This document shows, one piece after another, positions 9,765 to 23,261 of a stretch of DNA of 64,000 nt. The DNA is from Candidatus Eiseniibacteriota bacterium (GTDB taxonomy: Bacteria; Eisenbacteria; RBG-16-71-46; CAIMUX01; VGJL01), in assembly GCA_041946735.1 (NCBI GenBank), contig JBHGAY010000001.1, positions 160,001-224,000 on the forward strand, given 5' to 3'. Positions within the stretch are counted from its first letter, which is position 1. Every line of letters starts with the position of its first letter. Under the pieces are notes generated by a model, which worked only from the letters and a program-made list of their open reading frames with translations, ran no database searches and was not told where the DNA came from. The translations under genes were made by a program, and so were the position numbers.

Positions 9765-10916
9765 CTATCTCGGAGAGGGTTCCGAGGCGGAGAGGAGCGC
9801 GGGCCCGACGCGGAGGTACTGAACGCTGAACCAGCCGCGCTCGTCCGTCCACACGCGCTCCACCGTGAAGCCGGCGGCGCGCGCCTGGCGGGCGAATCCG
9901 TCGAGCGTGTACTTGTGCGAGTACTCGGTGCGGATCGATTCGCCGTCCCGGAAGTGGACGGTGCGCTCGCCGATCTCGATCGTCTGCTCGCCGTCGCTGA
10001 CCAGGTGCATCTCGATCCGCCCCTCGGCCTCGTCGTAGAAAGCTCGATGGCGGAAGCGGTCCGGATCGATCGTTACGCCGAGCTCGTCCCGCATGCGACG
10101 GAGGATGTTGCGATTGAACGCGGCGGTGACGCCCTGGGCGTCGTCGTAGGCGGGCTCGAGGATGGAGCGGTCTTTTCTGAGGTCGAGGCCAAGCAGCAGG
10201 CCGCCTCCCGGGCCGACGAGCCGCGCGATGTTCGAGAGAAGGGCGTGCGCCTCCTGAGGCGTGAAGTTCCCGAGCGTCGATCCGGGAAAGAAGACGGTTC
10301 GGCGGCTTTCGGGCGGAAGCCATGCGGGAAGGTCGAACGGGATGGTGTAGTCCGCGCAGAGGGGCGCGACGCGGAGCTTTCGATACCGTTCGCGCAGCTC
10401 CTCCATCGCCTCGGTCATGTGATCGCAGGAGATGTCGACGGGGACGTACGCGACCAGCTCGGCGGCCGCCTGATCGAGCAGGATTCGGGTCTTGCGTCCC
10501 GATCCGCTGCCGTACTCGATCAACAGTCCGCGCGGCCCGAGCAGCGATGCCATCTCGCCGGCGTGCCGCTCGAGAATCGAGATCTCCGTGCGCGTCGGAT
10601 AATACTCCGGCAGATCGGTGATCAGGTCGAACAGGCGCGAGCCTTCCGCGTCGTAGAAATACTTGCACAGAAGGGTCTTCGGATCGGACCCGAGGCCGTC
10701 GAGAACGTCGGCGAGGAATCTCTCGCGCGAGGAGCCTCCGGCAGGCCCGGCCGGCGGAGCGGGCGCCGAGTCCCCGGCGCGCGGCGACGCGGCTGCGCGC
10801 GGCAAAGGTCTCGCCGCGTGCGAAGGCGCCGCGGCCGCCGGCTCGGCGCGCCGTCCTTCCGGCGTGTCGTGATGCCGCGCGTCCAGGGGACGGCGCCAGC
10901 GCTTCTGCGCGCTCAC
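9765..10916 (-). CDS. egtD: L-histidine N-alpha-methyltransferase (hercynine synthase)
   Basis: KYFYDAEGSRLFDLITDLPEYYPTRTE, EYGSGSGRKT, FFPGSTLGNF, AYDDAQGVTAAFN, IRTEYSHKY. GTG start at 10916 overlaps the egtB stop; the true start may be further in. Confidence 0.93.
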   Translation of the reverse strand: MSAQKRWRRPLDARHHDTPEGRRAEPAAAAPSHAARPLPRAAASPRAGDSAPAPPAGPAGGSSRERFLADVLDGLGSDPKTLLCKYFYDAEGSRLFDLITDLPEYYPTRTEISILERHAGEMASLLGPRGLLIEYGSGSGRKTRILLDQAAAELVAYVPVDISCDHMTEAMEELRERYRKLRVAPLCADYTIPFDLPAWLPPESRRTVFFPGSTLGNFTPQEAHALLSNIARLVGPGGGLLLGLDLRKDRSILEPAYDDAQGVTAAFNRNILRRMRDELGVTIDPDRFRHRAFYDEAEGRIEMHLVSDGEQTIEIGERTVHFRDGESIRTEYSHKYTLDGFARQARAAGFTVERVWTDERGWFSVQYLRVGPALLSASEPSPR

Positions 10917-12232
10917 CGGCTCTCCGTCGCCAGGCGGATTCCGGTGAACTGCCACCGGGCCTCCGGGGGGAAGAAGTTGCGGTAGGTGGCTCGGATGTGG
11001 TCGCGGGGCGTGACGCAGGATCCGCCGCGGAGAACGTACTGGTTGCACATAAACTTTCCGTTGTATTCGCCCACCGCGTCAGGACTCGCGCGGAATCCCG
11101 GGTACGGAGAGTACGCGCTGGATGTCCATTCCCAGAGATCGCCGAACATTTGGACCGGCTCCGCTCCCGAACGTATCGGGGAGGCCGCCGGCGCGGGTAG
11201 CGGCCGCAGTTGATCGTCCTCGAGGAAATTGCCGGCCGGACGAAGGGGCGCTGCGATCGCCTCCCACTCCGCCTCGGTCGGCAGGCGCGCTCCCGCCCAG
11301 CGCGCGAAGGCGTCCGCCTCGAAGAAGCTGACATGCGAGACCGGTTCCTCGGGAAGGATCGGAAGCATGCCGTTCAAGGTCATCTGGCGCCAGGCGCCCT
11401 GGTCGTCCCGCTCCCAGTAGAGCGGGGCGCGAATCCCCCGCGAGCTGACGAAGTCCCATCCGAGCGAGAGCCAGAGATCGGCCCGCTCGTAACCTCCGTC
11501 TTCGAGGAAGGCGAGGTACTCCCGGCTGGTGACGAGACGCGAGCCGAGAGCGAACGGCTCGAGGAAGACTCGATGCGCCGGTCCCTCGTTGTCGAACGCG
11601 AAGCCGCCGCCGTCGTGGCCGATCCGGACCACGCCTCCGGGGTGCGAGACCCATTCCAGTTTCGCCGGCGTCGAGCCGCCGGCGGGCTTGACCGCCGAGA
11701 GAGCGTGCGGCTCGCGATAGGCCGGACGCAGCGGGCTCTTGCTGAAGAGGTGCTTCAGGTCGGTCAGGATCAGTTCCTGATGCTGCCTCTCGTGCTCGAT
11801 CCCGAGGCGGACGGTCCCCGCGATCGCCTCCCGTTTGTCGCCGTTCGCCCGGCCGAGCAGCGATTCCATCGCCTCGTCGACCTGGCTGCGATAGCGGTAG
11901 ACGTCCGGGACGGTCGGCCGGGTGAGCAGTCCCCGCTCGGGGCGCGGATGACGGGATCCGATACGCTCGTAGTACGAGTTGAACAGATAGGCGTAGGAGG
12001 GATGAGGGCTCGCGTAGCCATCCAGGAGCGGCAGGAGGAGGAACGTCTCGAAGAACCAGCTCGTGTGAGCCAGGTGCCATTTCGCCGGGCTCGCGTCGGG
12101 CATCGACTGGACGACGTAGTCCTCGATGGCGAGAGGTCGGCACAGCCGCTCCGTCCATGCGCGCGTCTCGCGATACAGATCGAGCAGGGCGTCGACGCGC
12201 TCCTCCGGATGGGCTCGAGCGGAACCGGACAT
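10913..12232 (-). CDS. egtB: Ergothioneine biosynthesis sulfoxide synthase
   Basis: QSMPDASPAKWHLAHTSWFFE, LFNSYY, HERQHQEL (Fe ligands), FGE-like domain RLPTEAEWE, GEYNGKFM, YRNFF. Confidence 0.95.
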   Translation of the reverse strand: MSGSARAHPEERVDALLDLYRETRAWTERLCRPLAIEDYVVQSMPDASPAKWHLAHTSWFFETFLLLPLLDGYASPHPSYAYLFNSYYERIGSRHPRPERGLLTRPTVPDVYRYRSQVDEAMESLLGRANGDKREAIAGTVRLGIEHERQHQELILTDLKHLFSKSPLRPAYREPHALSAVKPAGGSTPAKLEWVSHPGGVVRIGHDGGGFAFDNEGPAHRVFLEPFALGSRLVTSREYLAFLEDGGYERADLWLSLGWDFVSSRGIRAPLYWERDDQGAWRQMTLNGMLPILPEEPVSHVSFFEADAFARWAGARLPTEAEWEAIAAPLRPAGNFLEDDQLRPLPAPAASPIRSGAEPVQMFGDLWEWTSSAYSPYPGFRASPDAVGEYNGKFMCNQYVLRGGSCVTPRDHIRATYRNFFPPEARWQFTGIRLATESR

Positions 12233-12375
12233 GGATCCTCCTCAGTCGCCATGACGCTCGCACCCGCCTGCGGCCTCACCGTGCTCCCGATCGGCGACCC
12301 GACCGGTCGAGTGTACAACCGCATGCCGGTCGAGGGGACGATTCCTCGAAGCCGCGCACGAAATCGAATGTGATA

Positions 12376-13437
12376 TTACGAACGCTTCATCTTTCCGGTG
12401 CCGGGCCTTGTCGTCGTCTGCACCCGGTCCCAAAGCGCGAGGCCGAGACCTCCGAGGATCGCCGCTGAAGAGGCGAGCAGGCGGACGCTCGGGCGCTCGG
12501 CGAGCAGCAGGACGCCGCCCGCGGCGGCGAGGACCGGAACGCTGAGCTGCACGGCGGCGGCCTGCATCGCGCGCAGGCCACGGAGCGCGGCATACCACGA
12601 CACGTATCCGAGGCCGGAGGCGAGCGCGCCCGACGCGGTCGCGAGCGCGATCCCGTCGAGATCGAAACGGAGGCGCGAAGCGAGCGGGACGCAGGCGGCC
12701 AGCACGAACGGGACAGAGCGGAGGAAGTTGCCGGCCGTCGCGCGGAGCGGCTCGGCGTTCCTCCTTCCGCGCAGCGAGTAGATTCCCCACGCGTGCCCCG
12801 CGATCGCCATGAGGACCGCGCCACCGAGCCGGGGCGCGCTGATCCCCGGCGAGACGAGATAGAGGAGACCCGCGGTCGCCGCGGCGAGCCCGACCCACTG
12901 CAGCCAGTGCGGCCGCTCTCCCGACAGGAGTCCCGCCGCGATCATCGTCACCTGGACGGCGCCGAAGAGGATGAGCGCTCCGGTGCCGACGGAAAGCGAG
13001 CGGTAGGCGAGGGAGAAAGCGAAGGCGTAGGCGAAGAGCAGCAGGCCGGAGATCCAGCTCGAGCCGGAGGGAGAGGCCGCCGCGCGGCTCGAGCGTCGGG
13101 AGCCGCCCGAAAGTCGGGAGCCGCCCGCGCGTCGGGAGCCGCGAGAGCTGCGCCCGAAAAGGAAGACGAGACCCCAGAGCGCGATCGTCCCCGACGCAAG
13201 CCGGACGGCGGTGAAGCCGGCCGGATCGATGCGGTCGAAGCGAAGCGCGAGGCGGCAGAGGATCGAGTTCGCGGCGAAGCCGATCATCGCGAGCGCGCCC
13301 GTGGCCAGAACCGCAAGGCGAGAGGGAGCGCCGAGCGGGGCGCTCACCGCCGAAGCGTCCGCTTCCCGCCCGGTCGGCGAGTGCCGCGACGGCCTCGACG
13401 GCCGGGAAGGACGCGGCTCAGTCCCGCCGCCAGCCAT
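12376..13437 (-). CDS. DMT/EamA family transporter
   Basis: FAANSILCRLAL, FTAVRLASG, GTGALILFGAVQVTM, AVQLSVPV; about 10 TM segments. Start uncertain. Confidence 0.88.
   Translation of the reverse strand: MAGGGTEPRPSRPSRPSRHSPTGREADASAVSAPLGAPSRLAVLATGALAMIGFAANSILCRLALRFDRIDPAGFTAVRLASGTIALWGLVFLFGRSSRGSRRAGGSRLSGGSRRSSRAAASPSGSSWISGLLLFAYAFAFSLAYRSLSVGTGALILFGAVQVTMIAAGLLSGERPHWLQWVGLAAATAGLLYLVSPGISAPRLGGAVLMAIAGHAWGIYSLRGRRNAEPLRATAGNFLRSVPFVLAACVPLASRLRFDLDGIALATASGALASGLGYVSWYAALRGLRAMQAAAVQLSVPVLAAAGGVLLLAERPSVRLLASSAAILGGLGLALWDRVQTTTRPGTGKMKRS
13095..13145. repeat. 18-bp in-frame tandem repeat x3 within a DMT transporter loop
   Basis: gtcgggagccgcccgaaa / gtcgggagccgcccgcgc / gtcgggagccgcg. 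Confidence 0.75.
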
Positions 13438-13876
13438 CCGGAACGCGAACCGCGACGACGAGCGCCTCGGCTCGCACCTTCCCCCCCGAGCGGACCGTGC
13501 ATCGCAAGGTCGTGCGCGTTCCCTCGACTTCGTCGATGCGCGCCCGCAGCTCGATCGGCTGGTCGATCGGCGTCGGTCTCCGATACTCGACCTCGAGCCG
13601 GCGAGTGGCGTACCAGATCGCCGGGTCCGACCCGATCGGCCGCCCCTCGCGCCGGTACTCCCCCGCGATCGCCGTGCAGACAGAGTGGCAGTCGATCAGC
13701 GTCGCGAGGATCCCGCCGTTGACGTAGGACCGAGGGCCTGCCGAGTGGTGCGGCGAGGGATGGTAGGTGCAGATCGACTCCTCGCCGTCCCAGAAGGAGC
13801 GGATCTTCAATCCCGCGTCGTTCTGGACGCCGCATCCGAAGCAGAGGTTGTCGGGGATCAGATCCTGAAACGCCAT
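13418..13876 (-). CDS. PaaI family (hotdog-fold) thioesterase
   Basis: NLCFGCGVQNDAGL, VNGGILATLIDCH, LEVEYRRPTP. Confidence 0.88.
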   Translation of the reverse strand: MAFQDLIPDNLCFGCGVQNDAGLKIRSFWDGEESICTYHPSPHHSAGPRSYVNGGILATLIDCHSVCTAIAGEYRREGRPIGSDPAIWYATRRLEVEYRRPTPIDQPIELRARIDEVEGTRTTLRCTVRSGGKVRAEALVVAVRVPDGWRRD

Positions 13877-14219
13877 CTCGTGGCTCAACGGGGCCTCCCG
13901 TCCGGCCGAGGCTCGCACGGCGCGTGGATGGAGCGCGCCCGCCCTGCCTCCTGGGAGAGAGCCGGACGGCAGAGCATACCGTGCGCGGGGCCATCCGGCA
14001 TCCGGCGGCCCACACCGGCGGCTGCCGCCGCTCCCGGACGGAGGAGGCGCGGCACGGAGGAGATCGCCCGCTGCCGGGGGCAGCAGCTCAGTTCAGGCCT
14101 CGAAGACCGCGCCGCCTCGCGTACCATCCGGAGGCTGCGGCGCGCACGCGCGACCCGGCCGGACGGCCGGGAGACGGTCCGAAGACGGCCTGAAGACCGC
14201 GCGAAGGAGAGGGCGGAGC

Positions 14220-14618
14220 ATGACCGAGAGCGAGATCCGGCTCTTCTACGACGACCTGATGGCGGGCCGGGCCGATCGGATCGCCGAGAGGCTCGACGAG
14301 CACGTGATCCTGGAGTTCCCCGGACGGCGTTTCGGGGGCCGGTATGCCGGGAGGCGCGCCGTCCTGGTCTTCCTCAAGCAGAACCAGCGGCTGTTCCGCG
14401 GAGGGCTGCGCTTCGACGTCGAATGGGCGGCCGTGGCCGGCGACCGCGCCGTCGCCCAGTGGAGCAACGAGGGGACCACGCGGGCAGGCGAGGCGTACCG
14501 CAATCGAGGAGTGACCGTCTTCCGGTTCCGGGGCGAGTCGATCGTCGAGATCCAGGACTACCTGGACACCGAGGCGATCGCGGAAACCTGGCCGGGCCGA
14601 GAGGGGACGACGACGTGA
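14220..14618 (+). CDS. SnoaL-like / NTF2 family protein
   Basis: GRYAGRRAV, GDRAVAQW, YRNRGVTVFRFRGESIVEIQDYLDT. Confidence 0.85.
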   Translation: MTESEIRLFYDDLMAGRADRIAERLDEHVILEFPGRRFGGRYAGRRAVLVFLKQNQRLFRGGLRFDVEWAAVAGDRAVAQWSNEGTTRAGEAYRNRGVTVFRFRGESIVEIQDYLDTEAIAETWPGREGTTT

Positions 14619-15565
14619 GCGCGCCGGAGAGACCTCCGGAGCCGCCTGCTGCGCGTCCGATCGCCCCGCCGCCGGGAGTCGACCGGTCCGGCGAACGCCT
14701 CTTCCCCTTCCTGCCGGACGGCATCTTCGCCGGACGATCCGCGCTCGTGACGGGAGGCGGGACCGGGCTCGGCCTCGCCGTCTCGACCCGTCTCGGACGT
14801 CTCGGCGCGCGCGTCGCCTGCGCAAGCCGGGATCCGCGACGCCATGAGCGGTTGATCCAGACCGGATCCGAGGAAGGATTCGAGGTCCTGAGTTTTGCCT
14901 GCGACGTCCGGGATCCGCATGCGGTGCGGCGAGCCGTCCGGGCGACGGTCACCGCGTTCGGCGGCTTGGATGTGCTCGTGAACAACGCGGCGGGCAACTT
15001 CGTGCGTCCGGCCCTCGCGCTGGCGCCGAAGGCCTTCGCCAGCGTGATCGACGTCGCGTTGAACGGCGTCTTCTACGTCTCTCGCGAGGCGGCCCTCGTG
15101 ATGCGGGAGCGGGGCGGCGGCGCGATCGTGAACGTGTCCGCCCCCTACGCCAGGGACGGCAAGCCGGGCGTCGTGCACTCCGCATGCGCGAAGGCTGGAG
15201 TGGAAACGATGACGCGGACGCTCGCAGCGGAATGGGCTCCCCACGGGATTCGCGTGAACGCGGTCTCGCCCGGGCCGTTCGCGAGCCGGGGCGCCGCGGA
15301 CCGGCTCTGGCCTTCGATCGAGCACGAGGAGGAAGTCCGAAGGAAGATCCCCTCGGGCCGGTTCGGCGCGCCCGAAGAGATCGCGGAGCTGGTCTGCTTC
15401 CTCGCTTCCCCCGCAGCGGGCTGGATCATGGGCGCCGTGCTTCTCGCGGACGGCGGCTTCAGCCTTCCGGCTCCGCTGCTCGAAGGCGCGACGGAACGCG
15501 GGATCGCGAGGCGGCGTGGCGCGGCGGACGCCGCGGGAAAGCCGGAGGAGCCCGCGGGGGGATGA
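14615..15565 (+). CDS. SDR oxidoreductase, 2,4-dienoyl-CoA reductase-like
   Basis: TGGGTGLG, NNAAGNF, HSACAKAG (S-x3-K instead of Y-x3-K, as in DECR2/FadH-type SDRs), TLAAEW. GTG overlaps the upstream stop. Confidence 0.85.
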   Translation: MSAPERPPEPPAARPIAPPPGVDRSGERLFPFLPDGIFAGRSALVTGGGTGLGLAVSTRLGRLGARVACASRDPRRHERLIQTGSEEGFEVLSFACDVRDPHAVRRAVRATVTAFGGLDVLVNNAAGNFVRPALALAPKAFASVIDVALNGVFYVSREAALVMRERGGGAIVNVSAPYARDGKPGVVHSACAKAGVETMTRTLAAEWAPHGIRVNAVSPGPFASRGAADRLWPSIEHEEEVRRKIPSGRFGAPEEIAELVCFLASPAAGWIMGAVLLADGGFSLPAPLLEGATERGIARRRGAADAAGKPEEPAGG

Positions 15566-15589
15566 CCGGCCGGCGGCGGGGGCCGGCCG

Positions 15590-15898
15590 CTACGTCCGCG
15601 ATCTCTTGCGGATCTCCCCTTCGACCTCCTCGGCTCCTTTTGCGTAGAGCCGCTTCTCGTCGGGCGCGAGCTCCTCGAGCAAGCGCAGGAACTCGCCCGC
15701 GTGCACCCTCTCCTCGTCGGCGATCTCCTGCAGCACGGTCGCGGTCAACGCATGGTCCGTCGACTCCGCGAGCTGCATGTAGAGCTGCACCGCCTCGTAC
15801 TCCGCGGCGATCAGGAAGCGGATCGCCCGCACCAGCTCCTCGTGCGTGAGCGTCCGCTCGCTGCTCAGCCCCGCGAACGGGGTCGCGAACTCCGGCAT
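15590..15898 (-). CDS. Short ferritin-like protein (rubrerythrin/encapsulated-ferritin-like half-bundle)
   Basis: RAIRFLIAAEYEAVQLY ... IADEERVHAGEF; RBS AGGAGG. Confidence 0.85.
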   Translation of the reverse strand: MPEFATPFAGLSSERTLTHEELVRAIRFLIAAEYEAVQLYMQLAESTDHALTATVLQEIADEERVHAGEFLRLLEELAPDEKRLYAKGAEEVEGEIRKRSRT

Positions 15899-15997
15899 CC
15901 TCGTTCCTCCTTCTTTCGGAAAGGCCGACCGAACATGGACGGCACCTCGCGGGCCCGGTGGATGGCCCGCACCGAGGGTAGGGAGGAGGGACGAGCT

Positions 15998-16125
15998 GCC
16001 GCAAGCGGAACGGGCCCGCGGGAGATGCGGGAAGGCCGCCGCACGCGGATCGAGCCGGGGGCGGGAGATGCGGGAAGGGCCGCCGCAAGCGGATCGAGCC
16101 GGGGGCGTGAGACGCGGGAAGGGCC
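15998..16125. repeat. Intergenic 40-44 bp tandem repeat x3
   Basis: Units at 15998, 16038 and 16082, consensus gccgca[ac]gcggatcgagccgggggcg[gt]gaga[tc]gcgggaagggcc; no spacers. Confidence 0.8.
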
Positions 16126-16135
16126 TCCGCGCTTC

Positions 16136-16543
16136 TCAGGTCAGGAACGTGGCGACGCCGATCTTGCCGGAGAGGCGTCCGTGGCGCTCCCCATTGCGTC
16201 CGAGGAACAGGTTCAGCGCAACCACCCGCCCGCTTCCTTCCGTCACGCGCGTCGCATGCCGGACCCCCGGCTCCACGGAGATCATCTCCCCGCGGCTCAC
16301 CGTCATCCGGTCCTCGCCAATGTGGAACTCCAAGGCGCCTTCCTCGACGATCGTCACCTGCTCCTGCGGGTGGAAATGCTCGGGATAGTCGGCCCCTTCA
16401 CGATAGACGCAGCGGACGGCGGTGATCCGGCCGAGCTGCGCGACCTGCTGCTCCAGATAGCGCTGCGCCTCGCTCGCTTCGAGGTCCTTCCAGCTTCCGA
16501 CGGTGAACCGACCGGGCGACGTCCGGTTTCCGATGCGACCCAC
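16136..16543 (-). CDS. Cupin domain protein
   Basis: PEHFHPQEQVTIVEEG and GEMISVEPGVRH cupin motifs; GTG start after GGAG/AAGGGGG. Confidence 0.82.
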   Translation of the reverse strand: MGRIGNRTSPGRFTVGSWKDLEASEAQRYLEQQVAQLGRITAVRCVYREGADYPEHFHPQEQVTIVEEGALEFHIGEDRMTVSRGEMISVEPGVRHATRVTEGSGRVVALNLFLGRNGERHGRLSGKIGVATFLT

Positions 16544-16698
16544 GTGTGCCCCCTTGCTCCCAGCCTCGCGGAGATTCCGCTGCCTCGCTCCATGCCGATG
16601 CCTGCTCGACCCGCTGGGGGCCGCGAATCTCGGCGCAAGTCCCTCGTGAATGACGCCGGGGAGACGCTGCGGCGCCCGGGATCCGGCCCCCGGGCCTG

Positions 16699-17673
16699 TT
16701 ATCGGCGGCGGGAGTGGGCGGCTGAAGGGGTCGCCCGCTTGGCGCGCGGCGGGGCGGCCTTTGCAGGATCGACCGCGCTGGATTCCGCGTCGTCGAGGCT
16801 CGAAGCCTCTCGATTTGCAGGACCGTCCGCGATCCCGGCGCCGTTCGCGGGGACGGATCCGGGCGCGGGGACCGGTCCCGCCGCGGGAACGGATCCGGCC
16901 GCGCTCGCCGTCGTTGCGGCCGCGCGCTGCGCCACCGCCTCGACGGCGGCCTCCAGCTCGGGGAAGCTGCGGGCGAAGGCGTCGGGCATCTGAGCGTCGC
17001 AGGCGGGGGCTATGCGGCAGATGCTCGCGCGGAGCTGGCTGGCGAAGTAGAGCTTCTCGTATTCCCCGAACGGCTCGTACCCCTTCAGCTCGTGAGGGAG
17101 CTGGAAGAGGATCGTCCAGAGCCCGACGGCGCGCGCCGGCGCGATGTCGTTGTCGGGGCGGTCCCCGATCATCACCGCTTCGTGCGGCGCGCAGCGTGCC
17201 TGCTCGCAGGCCCAGCGGTAGAGAGAGGTGTCCGGTTTGCGGATGCCGACCTGCTCGCTCACTGCGTACACTTCGATGCGCTCTCCGAGACCGGCCTCGC
17301 GGAGGGCAGGAATCACTTCCCGGAGCTGGTTCGCCACCACACCGATCCGGTAGCGGCTCGCGAGGCGCTCGAGCAGCTCGGGCGCTCCGGGGAGCACCTC
17401 GTGGCATCCCATGTAGTCGTTGCGGATCTTGCGGGCGCAGCGCTCCATGAGGCGCCGGTGCCCGCCGTCCCCGAGGTACTTCTTCCCGAGGATTCCCCAG
17501 TGTTCCGGCCCGCGCTCGCGAATCAACGCCTCGCGCTCCTCGAGGAGGCGCGCGAAGGGGATCCGGTAGCCGGTCTGGCAGATCATCCGATGCAGCTCGC
17601 GATAGAGAAGCGCCATCGCCGGGTCGTCGTTCATCAGCACGTTGCCGATGTCGAGAAAGACCCAACGCAGCAT
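16699..17673 (-). CDS. HAD-superfamily hydrolase
   Basis: VFLDIGNVL, GVVAN, RKPD, MIGDRPDNDI; low-complexity Ala/Pro C-terminal tail. Confidence 0.88.
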   Translation of the reverse strand: MLRWVFLDIGNVLMNDDPAMALLYRELHRMICQTGYRIPFARLLEEREALIRERGPEHWGILGKKYLGDGGHRRLMERCARKIRNDYMGCHEVLPGAPELLERLASRYRIGVVANQLREVIPALREAGLGERIEVYAVSEQVGIRKPDTSLYRWACEQARCAPHEAVMIGDRPDNDIAPARAVGLWTILFQLPHELKGYEPFGEYEKLYFASQLRASICRIAPACDAQMPDAFARSFPELEAAVEAVAQRAAATTASAAGSVPAAGPVPAPGSVPANGAGIADGPANREASSLDDAESSAVDPAKAAPPRAKRATPSAAHSRRR

Positions 17674-17692
17674 CGTCTCTCCTTCCTCCTCG

Positions 17693-19167
17693 CTACCGGG
17701 CTGCCAGGACGGAGTCCCGCGCCCACGCGAGCAGCGTCGGAACGCCGGGGAGGATCCCGTCCGGACCGAAGCCGGCCCACAGCACGGCGAGCGCGCAGAC
17801 GCCGACGACGGCCGCGGGGATCCACGCGCGAGGCGCGGTCACCTTGCCGGTGTCGGGGCGCATGTAGAGCGTCACGAGCAGGCGCAGGTAGTATGCGACC
17901 GAGAGAGCGCTGTTCAGCACGGCGATCACGACGATCGGGATGCGCCCGTGCTCGACCGCGTTCGCGAAGATCGCGTACTTCCCGAAGAACCCGGCCGTCG
18001 GAGGGATTCCGGCAAGGGAGATCATGAAGAGGCTCATCGCGATCCCCGCCGCCGGGTAGCGCCAGCCCAGCCCGGCGTAGTCCCCCATGTCGAGGTGCTC
18101 GTTCCCCTTCTCGCCCCATACGATGACCACCGCGAACGCTCCGATCGTCATGAATGTGTAGGCGAGCAGGTAATAGAGGATCCCCGTGACGGCCTGCGGG
18201 TCTCCCGTTCCCAGGAATACGGTCACGCCGACAAGAATGTACCCGGCGTGCGCGATCGAGGAATAGGCGAGCATTCGTTTGACGTTCGACTGTGTCAGGG
18301 CGGCGAGATTGCCGACCGACATGGTGAGGACCGCCAGCCAGAAGAATAACTTCTCCGCGGACACCGTGGAGAGGGCGGGCGCGCGGAGCGAGACGACCCG
18401 CAGCAGGGCGCCGAACGCCGCTACCTTGACCGCGGTGGCCATGAACGCCGTCACCGTCGTCGGAGCCCCTTCGTACACGTCGGGGGCCCACATGTGGAAC
18501 GGGACGGAAGCGACCTTGAAGAGGAACCCGGACAGCAGCAGCACGGATCCGGCGGCAAGCAGCCCCGGCCAGGGCGAACCGGCGGCCGCGATCTCCCGGA
18601 GGTCCGTCGTGCCGCTCGCGCCGTAGAGCAGCGCGATCCCGAGCAGGAACGCCGCGCTCGAAAACGAGCCGAGCAGGAAGTACTTCAGCCCCGCCTCGCT
18701 GCTCTTCACGTCGCTCCGGACATAGGCGGAAAGGATGTAGATCGGGATCGAGAGCAGCTCGAGCCCGAGGAAGAGCATCAGCAGGTCGGTCGTCGAGGCG
18801 AAAAGAACCATCCCCGAAGCGGAGAAGAGCAGCAGCGCGTAGAACTCGCCGCGCGGGCGTCCGATCCGGGCCAGGTAGGAGTCGGAGAGCGCGACGGTGA
18901 GGAGCGCCGCCACGCAGACCAGGCTCGCGACGAAGAGGGCGAACGGGTCGGCGACGGCGAGACGGTCGAGCGGTCCGCCGGCCGGAGGGTTCTGGAACAG
19001 CGCGAGGATCGACCCGAGAGCGGCCGCGAGCAGGATCGCGGCGGGCACCGCCCAAGGGATCCGGGGGCGCCGTCCCGCGATCGTATCGATCAGGACGAGG
19101 AGCAGCCCTCCACCGGCCAGGAGGAGGAACGGCGTCAAGGAAGCCAGATCGGCGAACGTGCGCGGCA

Positions 19168-19171
<4 letters not shown>
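17693..19171 (-). CDS. nuoN: NADH-quinone oxidoreductase subunit N
   Basis: EAGLKYFLLGS, FKVASVPFHMWAPDVYEGAPT, KRMLAYSSIAH. Confidence 0.96.
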
Positions 19172-20829
<1,658 letters not shown>

Positions 20830-20859
20830 GGCGCCTCTCTTCCCTTCCCTTTCCTTGCC

Positions 20860-22935
<2,076 letters not shown>

Positions 22936-22948
22936 AGCCTGCTTCCCC

Positions 22949-23257
22949 CTACTCGTTGAGCGCGGTCAGGTCCTCGAGATCGACCGTCTCGCGCTTGCGA
23001 AAGATATCGACCAGGATCGCGAGCCCCACTCCCGCTTCGACCGCCGCGATCGCGATCACGAAGAACACGATCACGTGCGCGTCGACGTTGCCCCAGAAGC
23101 GGGCGAAGGCGGCGAAGGCGAGGTTGACGGCGTTCAGCATCAGTTCGATCGACATGAGGACCACCAGGGCGTTGCGCCGGGCGAGCACTCCGACCACCCC
23201 GATGAAGAACAGGACGATCGCGAGGGCGACGTAGTGTCCGAGACTGACGGCGGGCAT
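22949..23257 (-). CDS. nuoK: NADH-quinone oxidoreductase subunit K
   Basis: RRNALVVLMSIELMLNAVNL, AAVEAGVGLAI. Confidence 0.96.
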   Translation of the reverse strand: MPAVSLGHYVALAIVLFFIGVVGVLARRNALVVLMSIELMLNAVNLAFAAFARFWGNVDAHVIVFFVIAIAAVEAGVGLAILVDIFRKRETVDLEDLTALNE

Positions 23258-23261
23258 CCCC

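Noticed and set aside
10913..12232. Selenoneine (SenA) or ovothiol (OvoA) synthase instead of EgtB
   Set aside because: No senB or selD neighbours and no C-terminal methyltransferase domain; the gene is coupled to a standard egtD.
15998..16125. Possible mini-CRISPR (also 37019-37078)
   Set aside because: The repeats are directly adjacent with no unique spacers, and no cas genes are present.
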